From NCBI RefSeq assembly GCF_030144855.1, contig NC_082719.1:67208001-67272000 (forward strand): a stretch of DNA of 64,000 nucleotides. Direction: 5' to 3'. This document shows, piece by piece, positions 50,670-63,640 of this stretch (its first letter is position 1; every line of letters starts with the position of its first letter). Made by a program: the position numbers and the translations under genes. Origin of the DNA: Hypanus sabinus (lineage: Eukaryota). The notes under the pieces were generated by a model that worked only from the letters and a program-made list of their open reading frames with translations, did no database searches and was not told the DNA's origin.

Positions 50670-52850
50670 AACTCAAGACCAAGGATCAAGGAAGAACTTT
50701 ATTCGTCATATACATTTACATGTATTAGGAATTTGTTGTGGTGAGTTTGTCGGGGTGTGACATGCAACAAAAAAGCAACATTCAACAATTATAAAGAATA
50801 AAAAATCTAAAAATAAAGTTAGAGGTTAAATTATGGACGTAGAATAAAATGTGCATAAATACATTAATGCCAGAATTACAGCATTAATGCTGTATTTACA
50901 AAGTACAGCGTTATAAAAATTATAATAACAAACAGCAGTAAATCCAGATTAGGGATATCACCACTATTCTCATCGATGTTTTCAGAACCCTTTGTGGGAT
51001 TCATTCCAGCAATTCAAAGTCGAGTTTATTGTTACATGCACAGGTGCAATGAAAAGCTTACTTGCAGCTACATCATGAGCACATAGCATCATATAAACAG
51101 CATTCAATAGACAAAATTTTTTAAATTAAAGTTAAAATACACAAAATATTTACAAGAAAACACAATTATCATTAAAAAGTCCATTTTAGTGCAAAGTTGA
51201 CAAATTTGTAATAATGTGGCTAAACTGCAATCATTCAAGTTGGTTAAAGAGCAAAGAGTGGAAGGGAAGTAACAGTTTCTGAGCCTGATGTTGGGCACAA
51301 CAGACTTCTATATCTCCCGCCTGATGGTATCAGTGAAAATATGGCATTGCTTAGACAGTGGGTAACTTTGACAGCAGATGTTGTCTCCTTGAGGTAGAGT
51401 TTCTTTATGAGTACTATATAATGTATAATCTCTATGCCCCTCAGTTCTTGGACTCCTGCATGTACGGGATTTTATTCATCACAACATTGCCTTCCAAGGC
51501 TCTAAGCTCTGGATCGTGATACAGGAGGATGGGATAGGAAAATGTGATCACATTTATAAAACTAGTGCTTGACTGGCAAGTGGAACATTTCTTGCTATTC
51601 AGACATCAATTCCAAAATACTTGTGAGGAGGATTTCGAGTCAGAATCAGAAAGATGTTTGCTATCACTGACCAATGTGGATTTGTTGCTTTGTGATAGCA
51701 GTGGAATGGAAGTCAAAAATTACTGTAAGTTGCAATAAATAAACAAACAAATAAATAAATACACAGTGCAGAACAGGAATAGCAAGGTAACGTTCATTGA
51801 CCATTCAGAAATTTGATGGCAGACGTGATGGAGCTCTTCTATAGAAACATATAAAATTATGAAAGGGATAGATAAGATAGAGGCAGGAAAGTTCTTTCCC
51901 CTGATCAGTGAGACTAGAACTAGGGGACATAGACTTAATATTCGGGGGAGTAGATTTAGGATGGAGATGAGGAGGAACTAATGTTCTCAGAAGGCGGTGA
52001 ATCTGTGGAATTATCTGTCCAATGAAGCAGTGGAGGCTACCTCAGTAAATATATTTAAGATAAGTTGGATAGATTTTTGCATAGTAGGGGAATTAAGGGT
52101 TATGGGGAAAAGGCAGGTAAATGGAGATGAGTCCATGGCCAGATCAGTCCATGGCAGAGAAGGATCGATAGGCCGGATGGCCTACTCCTGTCCCCATTTC
52201 TTATGCTCTTAAAATATTGATTGTGAGTCTTCAGGCTTCTGTATCCACACCCTAATGATAGTAATAAGAAGAGGGCAGGGTCCTTCGTGATGGATCCCTC
52301 CTTCTTGATTTAGTACCTTTTGAAGAAGAAGCATGATTGGGTGAGATGAGAACGAGAGGTCATAGTTGAAGGGTGAAAAGTGAAATATTTAAAGGGAACA
52401 TGACAGGGAATGTTTTCTCTCAGAGGGTGGTACGAGTGTAGAACAAGCTGCCAGTGGAAGTGGCAGATGCATGTTTGATTTCAACACTTGAGAGAAGATT
52501 GAATAAGTACATGGATGGGAGAATTATGGAGGGCTGGGCTTATGGACCAGGCAGAATAATAGTTCAGCACAGACTAGATGGGCTGAAGGGCCTATTTCTT
52601 TGCTGGAATGCTCTGTGCTCTAGGATGTTGATTAGTGCTGAGAGATCTGTCCAGTTTTATTCTTACTGTACTTTAGTGTGCACCCCTTGAACTTCATTGG
52701 TTTACCTGCATTGCACTTTTTCTGTAACTGCAGTCTCTATTCTGTTTTATTTTACTATCTAACTGTACATAGGTAAGGCACGATCTGCCTGGATGGCATA
52801 CTAACAAAGCTTTTCACTGTCTCTCAGTGCACGCAACAATAATAACCAGT
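50670..52850. mobile_element. Cluster of Rex1-type tails (-) and CR1 3' ends (+, 51840-52215 and 52335-52620)
   Basis: ETYKIMKGIDKIEAGK..ETRTRGH; LINE tails. Confidence 0.7.
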
Positions 52851-53310
52851 CACAATGCAGTGATTTGTTAGGCTATTCAAAGCATCACTGGGGGTCTGGA
52901 GCCACATCAAGACCAGAATGGGAAAGGACAGCAGGTATTCTTCAGTAAAGGAAATCAATGAGTCAGGTGTGCTGTTATGACAAGTACACTGTTATGCCAT
53001 TTTTTTAGTCATCATTAGTATGAGTTTTTTCCACTTGAATCACTAAACTAACTTTATATGTTCCAGGTACCTTTGATCCTGTGCTTTCCACATCAGGGTT
53101 TTGTAAAGGAATGTAAACTGACCTTTCTCCTGAGATACTTTAAACAGTTCAGCATTGTATATATGGTCTGGATGAGCACTGCCAAGGCTCTCCTGCCTAC
53201 CTCCAGTCCTAACGGGCAAACTGCCCACAAACCTGCTCAGGTTCATTAAATCTGACTTCTGGGTGATGAGTCCAATAACGTTATCCTTACTGCCAACAAA
53301 AAGGGCTAAC

Positions 53311-53498
53311 CTCGGTGAAGATTGGTGTTATTTTTGCAGCAGCTGCCCTGCACCGTTGCTCGGACTCTTGTGTTAACCCAGCACAGGAAGCTCAGTGTGG
53401 GTGTAATGACGTGCCCAAGTCCTCTGTGCACAGCTGTGTTTCTCCATGAAGAAACTATTATCCTTTCTTCTCTTTGATTTGTTTTTGGCCGAGTACCT
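53311..53498 (-). pseudogene. Candidate degenerate exon
   Basis: Ends ..GLTQESEQRCRAAAAKITPIFTE|gttagc. Acceptor is weak and there are in-frame stops upstream. Confidence 0.3.
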
Positions 53499-54929
53499 CT
53501 TCCGAAGCAGAAAACGAGAAACCTGCCAGTGAGCTCCAATTTTCATGAGAGGAAACTAAATGTGGGAAACGGAAGTCCATGCCAGGCAAAGACCATGGAA
53601 GGAACCATTATGTCAACTTGTTAATTGTTTTCGAACAGTGACTATTCTATATGCATACTGGGAAAAAAAATAAAAAATAGCTTCTTTGTTTTCCCAGTAC
53701 TTGTGTATATTTATCAGCTGGCTGAATCTATTGTGCATTGGACATCAGTAGCAAGCAGATGGGAAACAGTTTACAAATGTGAAAGTGAATGACTGATAAT
53801 GTAAGCACTGATTGTAAGGGTTTACATTCTGAACAGTAGAAACTCATTGAATGAGTCTTGAACTGCAGGATTATGCTCCATTTCCTTCTTCAGTAGTTGC
53901 TGTCATCACTAAATCTAATCAAACGATACTTGAATATTACTAAATGATAGATGCCCTGAGATTGAAGCCAAAGTTTCTGAAACTCTGACATTATATTGTT
54001 TCAGCTCATTCCTGTTGGCAGAATATCACACTGAAAGCTCAGTGTACAGCACAATTGAATAAGCAGAAACTGGTTAAGCATCTCCACATTAAGCAATGCC
54101 AATCAGCTTCCAACAAGGGTGACCCACTAGAACTTTCTGAGGTTGGCTATATTGGTTCCTGGAAAAAAGAAAAAAAACATGCTTTTCTAATCCCACCTGA
54201 ATCTCAGGATTTAAGATTAGTGAAGTCCTAGTTAATAGCACTATGCAAGAGCCACAACTACTAATGTGTACTTTCCAAGTTCCAAAAACAGTAATATGAT
54301 AATAATAGATTTATTTTTACATATCGTTTTAGTTCAGATTCTGCAACCCTTTCTATGGGTCACATATCTTGGGCTAGTGAGGCCTGGTGGCACCCATCCC
54401 TCTCCGGGCCAGACCACACCCGATGTCCTCCAACTCAGTTGCCCGCCCTGGTCTTGAGCACGTGGCCAATGTAGTTCTTCAGGGAACTCATCTGCCCTGG
54501 CTGGTGACTTTGTCGACAAGGTCCTCCGCCCTTTTAGCCCGCCAGCTGAGGTGATGTATCAGGGTGTGTCACTTGGAGGCATAAATGAGAGATTTAGGAG
54601 ATGGATGAGTGATGCCCGTCCACCCTGCAAGGTAGAGCTGCCAGATATCAAAGATACTACGTCTATTAATGAGAACATTGGCTACGACACCATGTCACCC
54701 CTCTGCTTTTCCTCCACCTAGTGTTATCCACCTGACGTCAGATATACACCTCAAGCAAAAATGCAATGTAACGCTCCCTCAGCACTTCACGGGAGTGTCA
54801 GCTGAAATTAATTTCTTCCACTCTTCGCTAAGTAGTTGAGAGCTTCTGAAGAGATGTGGCCAGGAAGCTTCCATTCTAGAGTCCTGTGATTTCTTGAAGG
54901 CAGTAAAGGCACTGCCATTGAACATAATT

Positions 54930-55460
54930 ATACACTCAGTGGCCACTTATTACACCTAATACAGCAGCCGCAGGAGTGGAAGCCAGTGTGGTCTTCTACT
55001 GCTATAGCCTATCCACTTCAAGGTTCGACGTGCTGTGCGTTCGGAGATGCTTTTCTGCACACCACTGTTGTAACGAGTACTTATTTGAATTACTATCATC
55101 TCTCAGTCAGCCTGAAATTGTCTGGCCATTCTCCTCACACCTGTCTTTCACAAGGTGTTTTTACCCAAGCTCACTGGATTTTTTTTTTTGGTTTTCATAC
55201 CATTCTGTGTAAGCTCTAGACTGTTGTGTGCAAACATCTTCAGAGATCAGTAGTTTCTGAGATAATGAAATCACCCCGTCAATCATTCCATGATCAAAGT
55301 CACTTAGTTTACAAGTCTTCCCCATTCTGATGCTTGGCCTGAACTTCTTGACCATGTCTGCATACTTTTATGCATTGAGTTGCTGCCACGTGATTGGCCG
55401 ACTAGAATACCTGCATTAACAAGCAGGTGTACAGGTGTAGCTAATAAAGTGACTACTATT
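54930..55460 (-). mobile_element. Tc1-like non-autonomous DNA transposon remnant
   Basis: TIR-like ends 'tacactcagtggccactt' and 'caggtgtagctaataaagtgactact'; MGKTCKLSDFDHGMIDG resembles a Tc1 transposase N-terminus. Confidence 0.7.
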
Positions 55461-55999
55461 ATTACTTTTTATGTGACCAAGCCAAGTCCAGAGAGAAAGT
55501 AACAAAGATTTACTCATTCAAGCCGGAATCCACATATGTAAAAAAAGGGTACAGCCGGCAATGAGAGAGTCAGAGTACCTTTGTCACTGAGAATAGCAGC
55601 AGCATAAAACAAGCAGGATATCAATGGGTGAGTCACCCAGGCATTTTATTTGCACATTTATTATGTTTCTATGTGGTTAAAGTCCCTTCTTATCCTATAA
55701 TTAATCTTGGAATGTTTGATTGGTTTCACTGACATTCCTTGGCATGATAAACAAAATCAGCTTTCCAAGAATGAATCAATATAGGAATGGATTTTAAATA
55801 CTTGCATGTTTCAACAGTAATGTTTGATAAAACGTTCTGAAATATTGAGGTATCTTATCCTTTCAGGTTCTGATTTAGTTGCTGTTCTGTTTTGCATTAG
55901 AATCATTTAAAAACAAAAACTTGAAGAGGTCGTTTGAGACATAACTTATACTGAGTTAACAAAGAAAACTTTTTTTATTCTCAGCTGACTTCATCTTTG

Positions 56000-56920
56000 G
56001 AGAATGTGCATGCTTTAGAGAAGGTGAAAAAGAGATTATCAGATTATTGCCAGCATGAAAGAACATCTCCAATGAGGATGATTGAGTGAGTGTTTTTCCC
56101 TTTGTGGCAAAGGAGAGTTGATAGAGGTGTATACGATGGTAAGATGTATAGATAGAGTGGACAGACTTTTTCCCAGGGTGCAATGGCTAATATAAGAAGG
56201 CATAATTTAAAAGTGATTGGATGAAGTTATGGGGGAGATGTCAGAGGTAGGTTATTTACACAGAGAGTGGGGGTACCATGGGTGGTGGTGGATGTAAGTA
56301 CATCACAGACATTTAAAAGATTCTTTTATAGGCACATGGACAAAAGAAAAGTGGTGATCTGTATTGATGGAAAGGATTAGGCCGATCTTGGAGTAATCTA
56401 AATGGTCGTCATATCATTGTGGTTCGAAGGGCCTGTAGTCTTCTGTGTTCTTTGTTCTGTGCTCTATGAACCATTTATCAAATCCAAAGAAAGGCATGTT
56501 TATGGTAATACTGTGATTCTAAGAGCTTAGAGATACCCATTTATAAAATGGTAGTGCAACAATTGCTTACAGTGATGCTTCAGTCCTCTTTGCTGAGATC
56601 CAGTTTGAGGTGATGTTCACTGTGATTTTCCTTATGGGATTTTGACCCTTTGATTCTGTGCTGGCTCACAGAGTAATCCCTTTCCTCCCTCAACAGTGAC
56701 CACTTTCACTCACATTCCATAACTTCTACCACCCACGTACACTGGGAGCACTTTACAAGGTAATTAACCCAGCAGCCTGTAGGTCTTTGAGATGTGGGAG
56801 GGAACCAGAGCACTCGGAGGAAATTCAAAGAGTCATTGAGGGTGCACAATCAGGATTGAATCCGGGACCTTGGAGCTGTGTGTCATCCACTCCACTAGCT
56901 GCACCACAATGCTGTCCTAA
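56000..56920. mobile_element. CR1 3' end (+, 56000-56470) and SINE (-, 56640-56920)
   Basis: DRVDRLFPRV..NIRRHNLK; SINE core. Confidence 0.65.
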
Positions 56921-57802
56921 TGATATATCTTCATTCAGACATTGGTGTCTAGAACTGGTTTTGTTATACTGATACTTTTTGCTCCAAATAGCTTCTGTGA
57001 TCCACTTCAGCTTATAACCAGCAAGACCTTGTAGCTATGGGCCAACAGTTTCCCTTGGCCCTGTAACAGTTACTTATGTGAGCTTCCTGCAACAACCCAA
57101 AGGAATGTATGTCCCGGCTCTGATGTGCACTAAAATAGTTTGGTGTTCTCCGATACACAGTAGAAGCAAGTGCACCCATACCAGCCTTTATCAGTACAAC
57201 AAGTAGAACAATCAATAATACTCTGGTGTGACTGGCCTTCAAGCATTTGCGGAGGGTCACCTTCAATGCTTAACTGTAATTATCTCATTTCCGTTTTATG
57301 TGATCGGTGGCCAACAGCTCTCCTTCCGTTCATAATAAATTAAATATAGTTTTTTAAAAGTGTTTCCTCCATTCACGATTTCAGACTTTCATGGGGATAC
57401 AATTTTAAAGCAATCTTTAGCCAGATTTCTAACATTGGATGATAGAAACAAAGGAAATAAATACAAGAAAGATATAAACTAAATTTTTCATTCACAATGA
57501 TCTATTTTATGATATTGCACAAAACTAGCATTTTTCTCCTAATGAATGAGCCCTGACAGTGATATCCACTGGCTTACTCCTATGGAGAGCCCTGCAGTGA
57601 AGTCAGTCTTTGTGCATACATGCACAACCAAAGATTCATACGTACACAAACAAGTAGGCACAAAGCCTCTTCCTTAGTAACCACTAAGTTTGCTTCTCCT
57701 GGTCATTGGGAAACTAGAGAAGTTATTTTGCTCATTTTGGAAAATCAGAATCAAAGCCTAGTTTAGTATCTGCCCTCCTTTCGTGCCTTAATGGAATCTT
57801 AC

Positions 57803-57935
57803 CTGAGGATTGGGGTACATTGTAATGATAGACTCAGCACTCCTAAGGCCCAATGGAAGAAATTGTTCCTCCGTTTTAAAATATCATCTGCCTTGCTAGT
57901 GTCATTTGCAACATCAGTTTTATTCTGCAAGAATT
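57803..57935 (-). pseudogene. Exon (133 nt, open), helical stalk/GAIN-A-like segment
   Basis: Acceptor ctcttttatttcctcctag|, donor cag|gtaaga. Translates xFLQNKTDVANDTSKADDILKRRNNFFHWALGVLSLSLQCTPIL with no stop. A possible upstream exon ends at 58016 (..SSIMEPFKIIVGILTS|gtattg). Confidence 0.6.
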
Positions 57936-59789
57936 CTAGGAGGAAATAAAAGAGCCTAATTTGATCGTACGCTGCAAAGCAATGTTTCAGACCATTTGTA
58001 CAACAAGGACAATACCTTGAAGTTAAAATGCCAACAATAATCTTGAATGGTTCCATGATACTGGAGTTGCCAGTCACTGGCCTATCCATTGTACGCTGTG
58101 GCAGTACTGATAGTACGATGAAAAAGGCCATTCAGAAGGCAAATGGCCATTAGAGTTCTCATGATTGAAATTCTCTCCAGTCCACAATATAAATACTATT
58201 AAAAGATGGACATGTTCCTGAAAGTGGGAAGAGGGAGGCTGAAAAAACTTCCTGATGATATAATGATTATATTCTGCCCATGCTTTATGTTCTTTATAAT
58301 ATGAATTCTGCATCTGAATGTTTTTAGTATGCAAAAATGTACGGTGATTCTTTCTGGTGACATTTCTGGGGAAAGAAATCAATCTCAAAGAATACTTGCA
58401 AAAGAAAAAAACTTACAGATCAGTTTGTGCAGGTCAATGGAGATGGTATGAAAGCAAGATAGTGGCCTGTCTCCAAAGTGAAGAGGGCAGGTCTTGAAAA
58501 GGTAAAGTGGCCCATCACATGGGAGGTCACAGGGTGGTCATGTGCCAGGTGCTTCGGAAAGGCTGTGATTGTATCAGGAGGAAGTTATCGGACCAGATGA
58601 GAAGTGCCAAGATGAAAAATGAGAATCTGTGAATAAACACATGTTGACACATACTAAGGCAATCAAATAGGTAAATAGTCAGTGAGTGTATCAACTTTAT
58701 TTTTCCAGGTGCCGCTGCATGTGCTTTACCTTATTACTCAGAATACAAGTTGGTCTGTTGCAACAAAAGAAAAGGAGAATAAATACAAATGACAATAAAC
58801 TCTATAGATGCACAAATGATGAAATTAAAAAAAACTAATGATAAATTTTACATGTACGATTACATCCATCCTTCAGTAGACAAAGTGTGTTCAGTTAAGA
58901 TATGCATTAACCATAAAGCCACATTATTCACCAAAATTATATTCTGTCATTCAGCACATATTTATCATAGTTTTATAAAGGCATCTTTCAACTGCAAGTG
59001 TAATGTGAAGACTAGTGACAAATACAAGCCCTTTTTATTGTGAAGAGACATCATGGGCAGAACCAGTTTAATCATTGGTTTGACTTATATTCAACACTGT
59101 GATAAAGAGTTGTGGTTGGTTTAAAGATTCAGCTGTTATGTTGATAGACATCAAGTTTTGACAAACTTTTTGCCTCAGACCACGTTCAATCATAACAAAT
59201 AAAGTTACTATTTAGCAGTTTTGCTCTTTATCTTATGTAAGTGCAGGCACAGCTTCCCAAGTATGTTACATCTTGTATCCTTATCTACGGCACATCACTG
59301 ATCGTCATAAGACATTTTTACATTGATTTCTTGTCAGGGGTGATAGCAGGTGGAGAGCAGAGGTAATGTACCAGTCCATCATTGTGAGTATTCTCTAGAA
59401 CTCGGAAGGCTGGAGGGTAAACTTTCTGATACGGAGAAGAAAATGTCACTCGTTAGAAAATCCAAGACCAAAGGACAGTGTTTGAAATGCAAACATAAGA
59501 TTTCTAGATATGATGCTAAGAAAAACTTCAGAATAGGAGAATTAGAATTTTCAAACTACCTTCTCCAGACAACAATTGCTGCAGAATCAGTTATTAACTT
59601 TAAAGCTCAGGTTTCTAAATTCTTATATCATGATTACTGTCCAATGGGTTGTTGCCCAGTTTTCATGTGGTAAGAACTGACTGGCAGTGGGCAATAATTA
59701 CTAGGTACTTAACAGGATGTATTAGCTGATTATATATGTTCATTATTGCCTATTTACAATATAGTAATTATTCTCTGAATACTATATGA

Positions 59790-60095
59790 TTGATTTTATT
59801 TACTTATGTAGAGATACAACTCGAAACAGGTTCTTCCTGACCAACGAGCTGCACCACCCAGCAGCCCACCTATTTAACCCTAGTCTAGCCTAATCACAGG
59901 CAATTTACAGTAACCAATTAACTTATTAACCAGTCTTTGGACTGAGGGAGGAAGCTGGAGCACCCGGAGGAAAGCCCCATGTTTACAGGGAGGATGTACA
60001 AACTCCTTACAGAAAATGCCGAAGCTGAACTCCGAACTCCCACAGCCCAAGCTGCAACAGGGTCACTCTAACTGCCATGCTACCGTGGTGCCAAT
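59790..60095 (-). mobile_element. tRNA-derived SINE
   Basis: Homologous to the copy at 775-1070. Confidence 0.7.
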
Positions 60096-61295
60096 ATTCA
60101 ATGTTGAATGTGGGCAATTACTGGCTGACATTTGTTATTTGTTTGATGTGTTCTCAGTTTTGTCTGGTTGTATTCAGGTGATTTTCTTGATTAGTTTCCG
60201 GGGACTACAGTCATTCTCATATTTTATCGGGAAAAAACTAGATCAATTAGCCAGCTGTCTGTTGTGCAGATGTTACGAAAGTCTGTAATTATGGATAGAG
60301 ATTTTAAGGTTTTTGGTTCTGACTTACATCCAATGCGTCTGATATTAGTAGAAAGATGTAAGTGCCTTTTTAGTTCCCTTTTCAAAATCCTGATGGCCCT
60401 CTTTTGCCTTCCTTGCAGACAGTGAACTCCAAATCAGCATAGCCCGGTTTATAAGAGAAAAGTTTTCCTCATGTCCTCTGTGTTCTGTTGATAATTATTC
60501 CAGAGCCGTGTCCTCTTCACCGAACCATCTATTATTGGAATTGTTTCTTTCCAGTTGCCTTATCTAAAGTCATCACAAACTTGTTCACTCCTTCCCAGCA
60601 GTCTTTGCTCCAAGGAGAACAACCTCAAATTCTCCAGTCTGACCTTTTAGCTGATGTCTGTCATCCTTCTGCTGCTTTTTATATCCGGACATTTTCAAAT
60701 TATTGCCAGGCAGCTCAGACATAAATAAAGAGTTTAAAGAAACTTCAAGTGTTAGTGAGTAGATAGATCAGGGTTAGAAATGTGGCAGACTTGACTGCAA
60801 ATTTGTTGTATTCACAAGTCAGCATCAATTTGAGTTTTAACATCTAAACCACACCCTGATAATGAAAGATATAAATGCAGAAAATGAATTTTGTTCTCTT
60901 TGCTTAAATAATTTCTTTACAAAGTATCAACCACTGCACAAAAATATAAGATCTACTATATATTGTTCAATTTTTTCTGCCCCCGTCCCATAACTAACAA
61001 TATAAGTTTGCTCCTGAATCTGTGAAGAAACCTGTGGCTGTCTTGTTCTGAGCTAGACTCCACTCTTCTCCAACTTACTTTCACGCATTTGAAGAATACC
61101 CAGAAACTACCTTATGAATCTCCTAGAGTCATGGGGTCACAGAGAGCTGCAGCAAAGAAAAAGGCTTTAGCCCACAGAGTCCACACCGACCATTTCTAAC
61201 CTCCTCTCCTGTTCAAGGCAAGTTTGTTGGTTTGTGGGGATATCGCTGTAAATTGCCCGATCAGTCTTCAGGTCTAAATGTCTTTGGATTCTTAC

Positions 61296-61485
61296 CTTCA
61301 TATTTAAAGCTTGTGGCTGGTGACCTTGTACACTGCAGTTTAACATTATAATTGCCAAAACTGATGTATGCCAGAGTAAGCACCTTGGTTAGTATTAACT
61401 TCTTTCTTACACCACAGTGATCTTCCTCCATCTTAATTCCTGCCATTCTCTACACCGGGAGAGATAAGTTAACATTGACTCATAC
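61296..61485 (-). pseudogene. Candidate exon remnant (end of REJ module)
   Basis: Acceptor ctttcttgcccatttcag|, donor gaag|gtaaga. Fragments YESMLTYL / PGVENG / KITVV / EVNTNQGAYS lie in shifting frames and resemble the REJ 'LPxG...VxDxxGA' motif. Confidence 0.45.
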
Positions 61486-62593
61486 CTGAAATGGGCAAGA
61501 AAGGGTGGGAACGCTTGGCTTGTAATGACTAAAGCTCATAAAAATTAGACAGGACTTGACAAAAACACACATGTTCTTAGGCCATTTTGACTAGGTAGAT
61601 GTGGAGAGTATGTTTCCTCGTGTGGAAGATTCTAGGACTAAGTGAGGAAGTAGGGGTGGCAGGCTTCAGCCGTTTACGACGGAAATAAGGCAAATTGCCC
61701 TCTTGGAAGACTGGGAGTCTTTAGAAGTCTTATCTTTAGATTGTTGGGAAAGCCAAGCCTCTGAATACTTTAAGGAAAAGCTAAATTCTGATTAACTATG
61801 GGTAAACTCAAATGCGGAGCCAAGGTTATATACTGACCAGCAGGAGCAAATGTAAGTGATGGAGCAGGTTGGGGGACCAATGTCCTATACCTGGTTTTAA
61901 TTTGTAAGTTTGTATGTTCAGATTACCTCATTTTTTGTGTGTTTAAATATAGTTCACTGTATGAAATCAGTTCAGCATTAAGCATCACAAATGATATTCA
62001 ACACAGCAAATTTGGTGGGGAAAAAACATCATTCCATCTACAATGAGATTTGGTTCCTACATATTCATGTTTATTATTTTCAGTTATGTATTAATTTGTA
62101 ATAGTACAAGAGGGCTTTTTAATATATCTCGACTTTAAATTGTACTATTGAATTGCTGTGTATTGCTTTTCTGTTTGCTGAGAAATCTAATTAATGTAAA
62201 AAAATTGATTTATCCTCAACCTAAAGGACAGTGCAGGACACACAGTGCCCTCAGCTATAACAGCAGATGTTTTTTTTTTCTGTAAAGTACTTTTATATTT
62301 GATTTTCAACTTTCCATTAGCTCTACAATAAATTTGACACAGTGTACTGTGTCCAATTTGTCAGCAGAGATTGGGACAGGAAGCTGCCCAGAATAAGGGC
62401 AATTGTGATGGTGATTGAAAGCTGATTTCCAGAAAACTATTAAACCTGCACATATGTCACCAGAAACTTAATAACAATTGAAACAACTTAGATGAAATTG
62501 AAAAGATTTAACAGCAAAAAGGTTGGAGAGACCTGGTAAAGAAAACTCAGATGTGATGGGAAATGGCTGCTCTTTTACTTCCCCATATTTTAC

Positions 62594-62805
62594 AGGAAGT
62601 TAAGGGATCCGACTGCTGTAATGATGCTTGCTGCTAGTCTCAGAGAAAGCTGAAGGCAAAGGCATAGGGAGAATGCATTTTGCCTTTCTTGACCAATCTC
62701 AATCGTTGTTGGTTATCAGCTCTGTGAGTCTCTGGCATCCAGCGACAGTGAAGTCATCGAGCTGGTTGTGCAGCCAATCACAAGAAAAATCCACCAACTA
62801 CAAAC
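62594..62805 (-). pseudogene. Candidate exon remnant (REJ module, 'G.L..F.C.W' segment)
   Basis: Strong acceptor tctctttcctttcag|. Translates (G)L*LVDFSCDWLHNQLDDFTVAGCQRLTELITNND*, and later HSPYAFAFSFL*. Donor |gtaaaa at 62593. Contains stops. Confidence 0.5.
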
Positions 62806-62934
62806 CTGAAAGGAAAGAGAGTAACTATTTGTTGACTTTTTAAAAACATTTATCCAGCATGAAGTAAAGATTATGACAGATGTAGAAGATGAAGTTAGAA
62901 GCTACATTAATTAAGGTAATTTATGTGTAAATGT

Positions 62935-63132
62935 TTTTCAAAGTTCAAAGTAACTTTTTTTATCGAAGTACATATATGTTACCATATATAGCCCTGAGAT
63001 TAATTTTCTTGTGTTCATACTTAATAAATGTATAGAATAACAGCTATAACAGAACCAATGAAAGACCACCCAACTAGGGCATTCAACCAGCGTGTAGAAG
63101 ACAACAAAATGCAAACACAAAAGGTGAAATAA

Positions 63133-63164
<32 letters not shown>

Positions 63165-63640
63165 GAGTATCAAGAACATGAGATGAAAAGTCCTTGAAAG
63201 TGAGCCCATTAGTTGAGGGAACGTTTCAGTGATGGGGCAAGTGAAGTTAACTCTTTTGGTTCAAGAGCCTGCTGGTTGAGGGGTTGCAGTTGCTCCAGGG
63301 CCTGGTGTGAGTCCTGAGGCTCCTGTACCTTATTCCTGATGGCAGCAGTGAAAAGAGAGAAGGTCCTGGGTTTCATGTAGAGGTGATGGACTGGGCCATA
63401 TCCAGTACCTTTTGTAGGGTTCTTTGTCCAAGGGCATTGGCATTTCCATACAGGCTGTGATGCAGCCAGTCAATGTTCTCTTCACTACACATCGAGAGAA
63501 ATTTGTCAAATTTTTAGATATAATGCCGAACCTCTACCAACTCCTAAAGAAGCAGAGACACTGCTGTGCTTTCTTTTTATTTGCACTTACATACTGGGCC
63601 CAGGACAGGTTCTCTGAAATAATAATACTCATGAAGCAAT
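62935..63640 (-). mobile_element. Rex1/Babar-type 3' end containing an (ATAA)n microsatellite (~63130-63163)
   Basis: Tail 'tcaaagttcaaagtaac'; homologous to 9255-9700. Confidence 0.75.

Larger units (their letters stand above)
24519..62805 (-). pseudogene. Multi-exon polycystin-1-family (PKD1/PKDREJ-like; REJ-GAIN/GPS) gene remnant, apparently inactivated; may extend beyond both coordinates
   Basis: At least 8 minus-strand segments bounded by polypyrimidine-AG and GT. Their translations fall in the order expected for REJ and GAIN/GPS: GLxLVDFSCDW; YESMLTYL/PG..EVNTNQGAYS; DDILKRRNNFF; FYPIHL..FC; KVYIKKLP..VDILV; SLYAILGY; NCFPLASSTVRQTMLPC..VIAVP. Many N-x-S/T sequons. Stops or frameshifts occur in several exons. 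Family assignment is by remembered similarity to PKD1/PKDREJ, not by search. Confidence 0.62.

Noticed and set aside
57012-57266. Hydrophobic ORF (VLLIVLLVVLI) as a transmembrane exon
   Set aside because: No convincing splice sites, and the position is wrong for a TM in the inferred exon order.
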